A DNA stretch of 64,000 bases from a virus. Taxonomy: Duplodnaviria; Caudoviricetes. Location of the stretch: IMG/VR virus record IMGVR_UViG_3300011217_000001, positions 64,001 through 128,000 of that record; one strand, 5' to 3'. This document shows, in pieces, positions 63,972 through 64,000 of this stretch (position 1 is the stretch's first letter; each line of letters opens with the position of its first letter). A model generated the notes under the pieces. It had not been told where the DNA came from, searched no databases, and saw only the letters and a program-made list of their open reading frames with translations. Made by a program: the position numbers and the translations under genes.

Positions 63972-64000
63972 TGCTTGCTCGTTTTCTCTTGTGTGCGATT

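Overview
This window is part of a high-GC phiKZ-like jumbo phage genome (Chimalliviridae-type, probably nucleus-forming). The diagnostic genes are the major capsid protein (phiKZ gp120-like), a non-virion RNA polymerase beta-subunit fragment (gp123-like), a DnaB-like helicase with the GALQHKFKSG Walker A variant (gp118-like), the portal protein (gp129-like) divergent from a gp128-like baseplate gene, RuvC, and a large tail-fibre/tail-tip block (about 1-28 kb) with several paralogous families. The right third (about 45-64 kb) is mostly minus-strand accessory genes, including an Ntn-hydrolase-like protein, a DUF488-like protein, a CYTH/TTM fusion, a NUMOD1-like protein, an ATP-grasp ligase, a P-loop protein and an unannotated 55-aa signal-peptide ORF. 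The best candidates for something undescribed are: (1) a multi-stem ~200-nt minus-strand RNA (34866-35070) bounded by a TATG motif and a terminator, lying just downstream of an RGG-rich protein gene; (2) a ParB/Srx-like domain fused to the portal behind an acidic linker and a prohead-protease-type site; (3) a late-type CYTH enzyme polyprotein punctuated by protease motifs; (4) a family of intergenic hairpins flanked by GCATA/TATGC. phiKZ gp numbers are assigned from recalled motifs and synteny, not from a database search. No tRNA, rRNA, CRISPR array or mobile element was seen.
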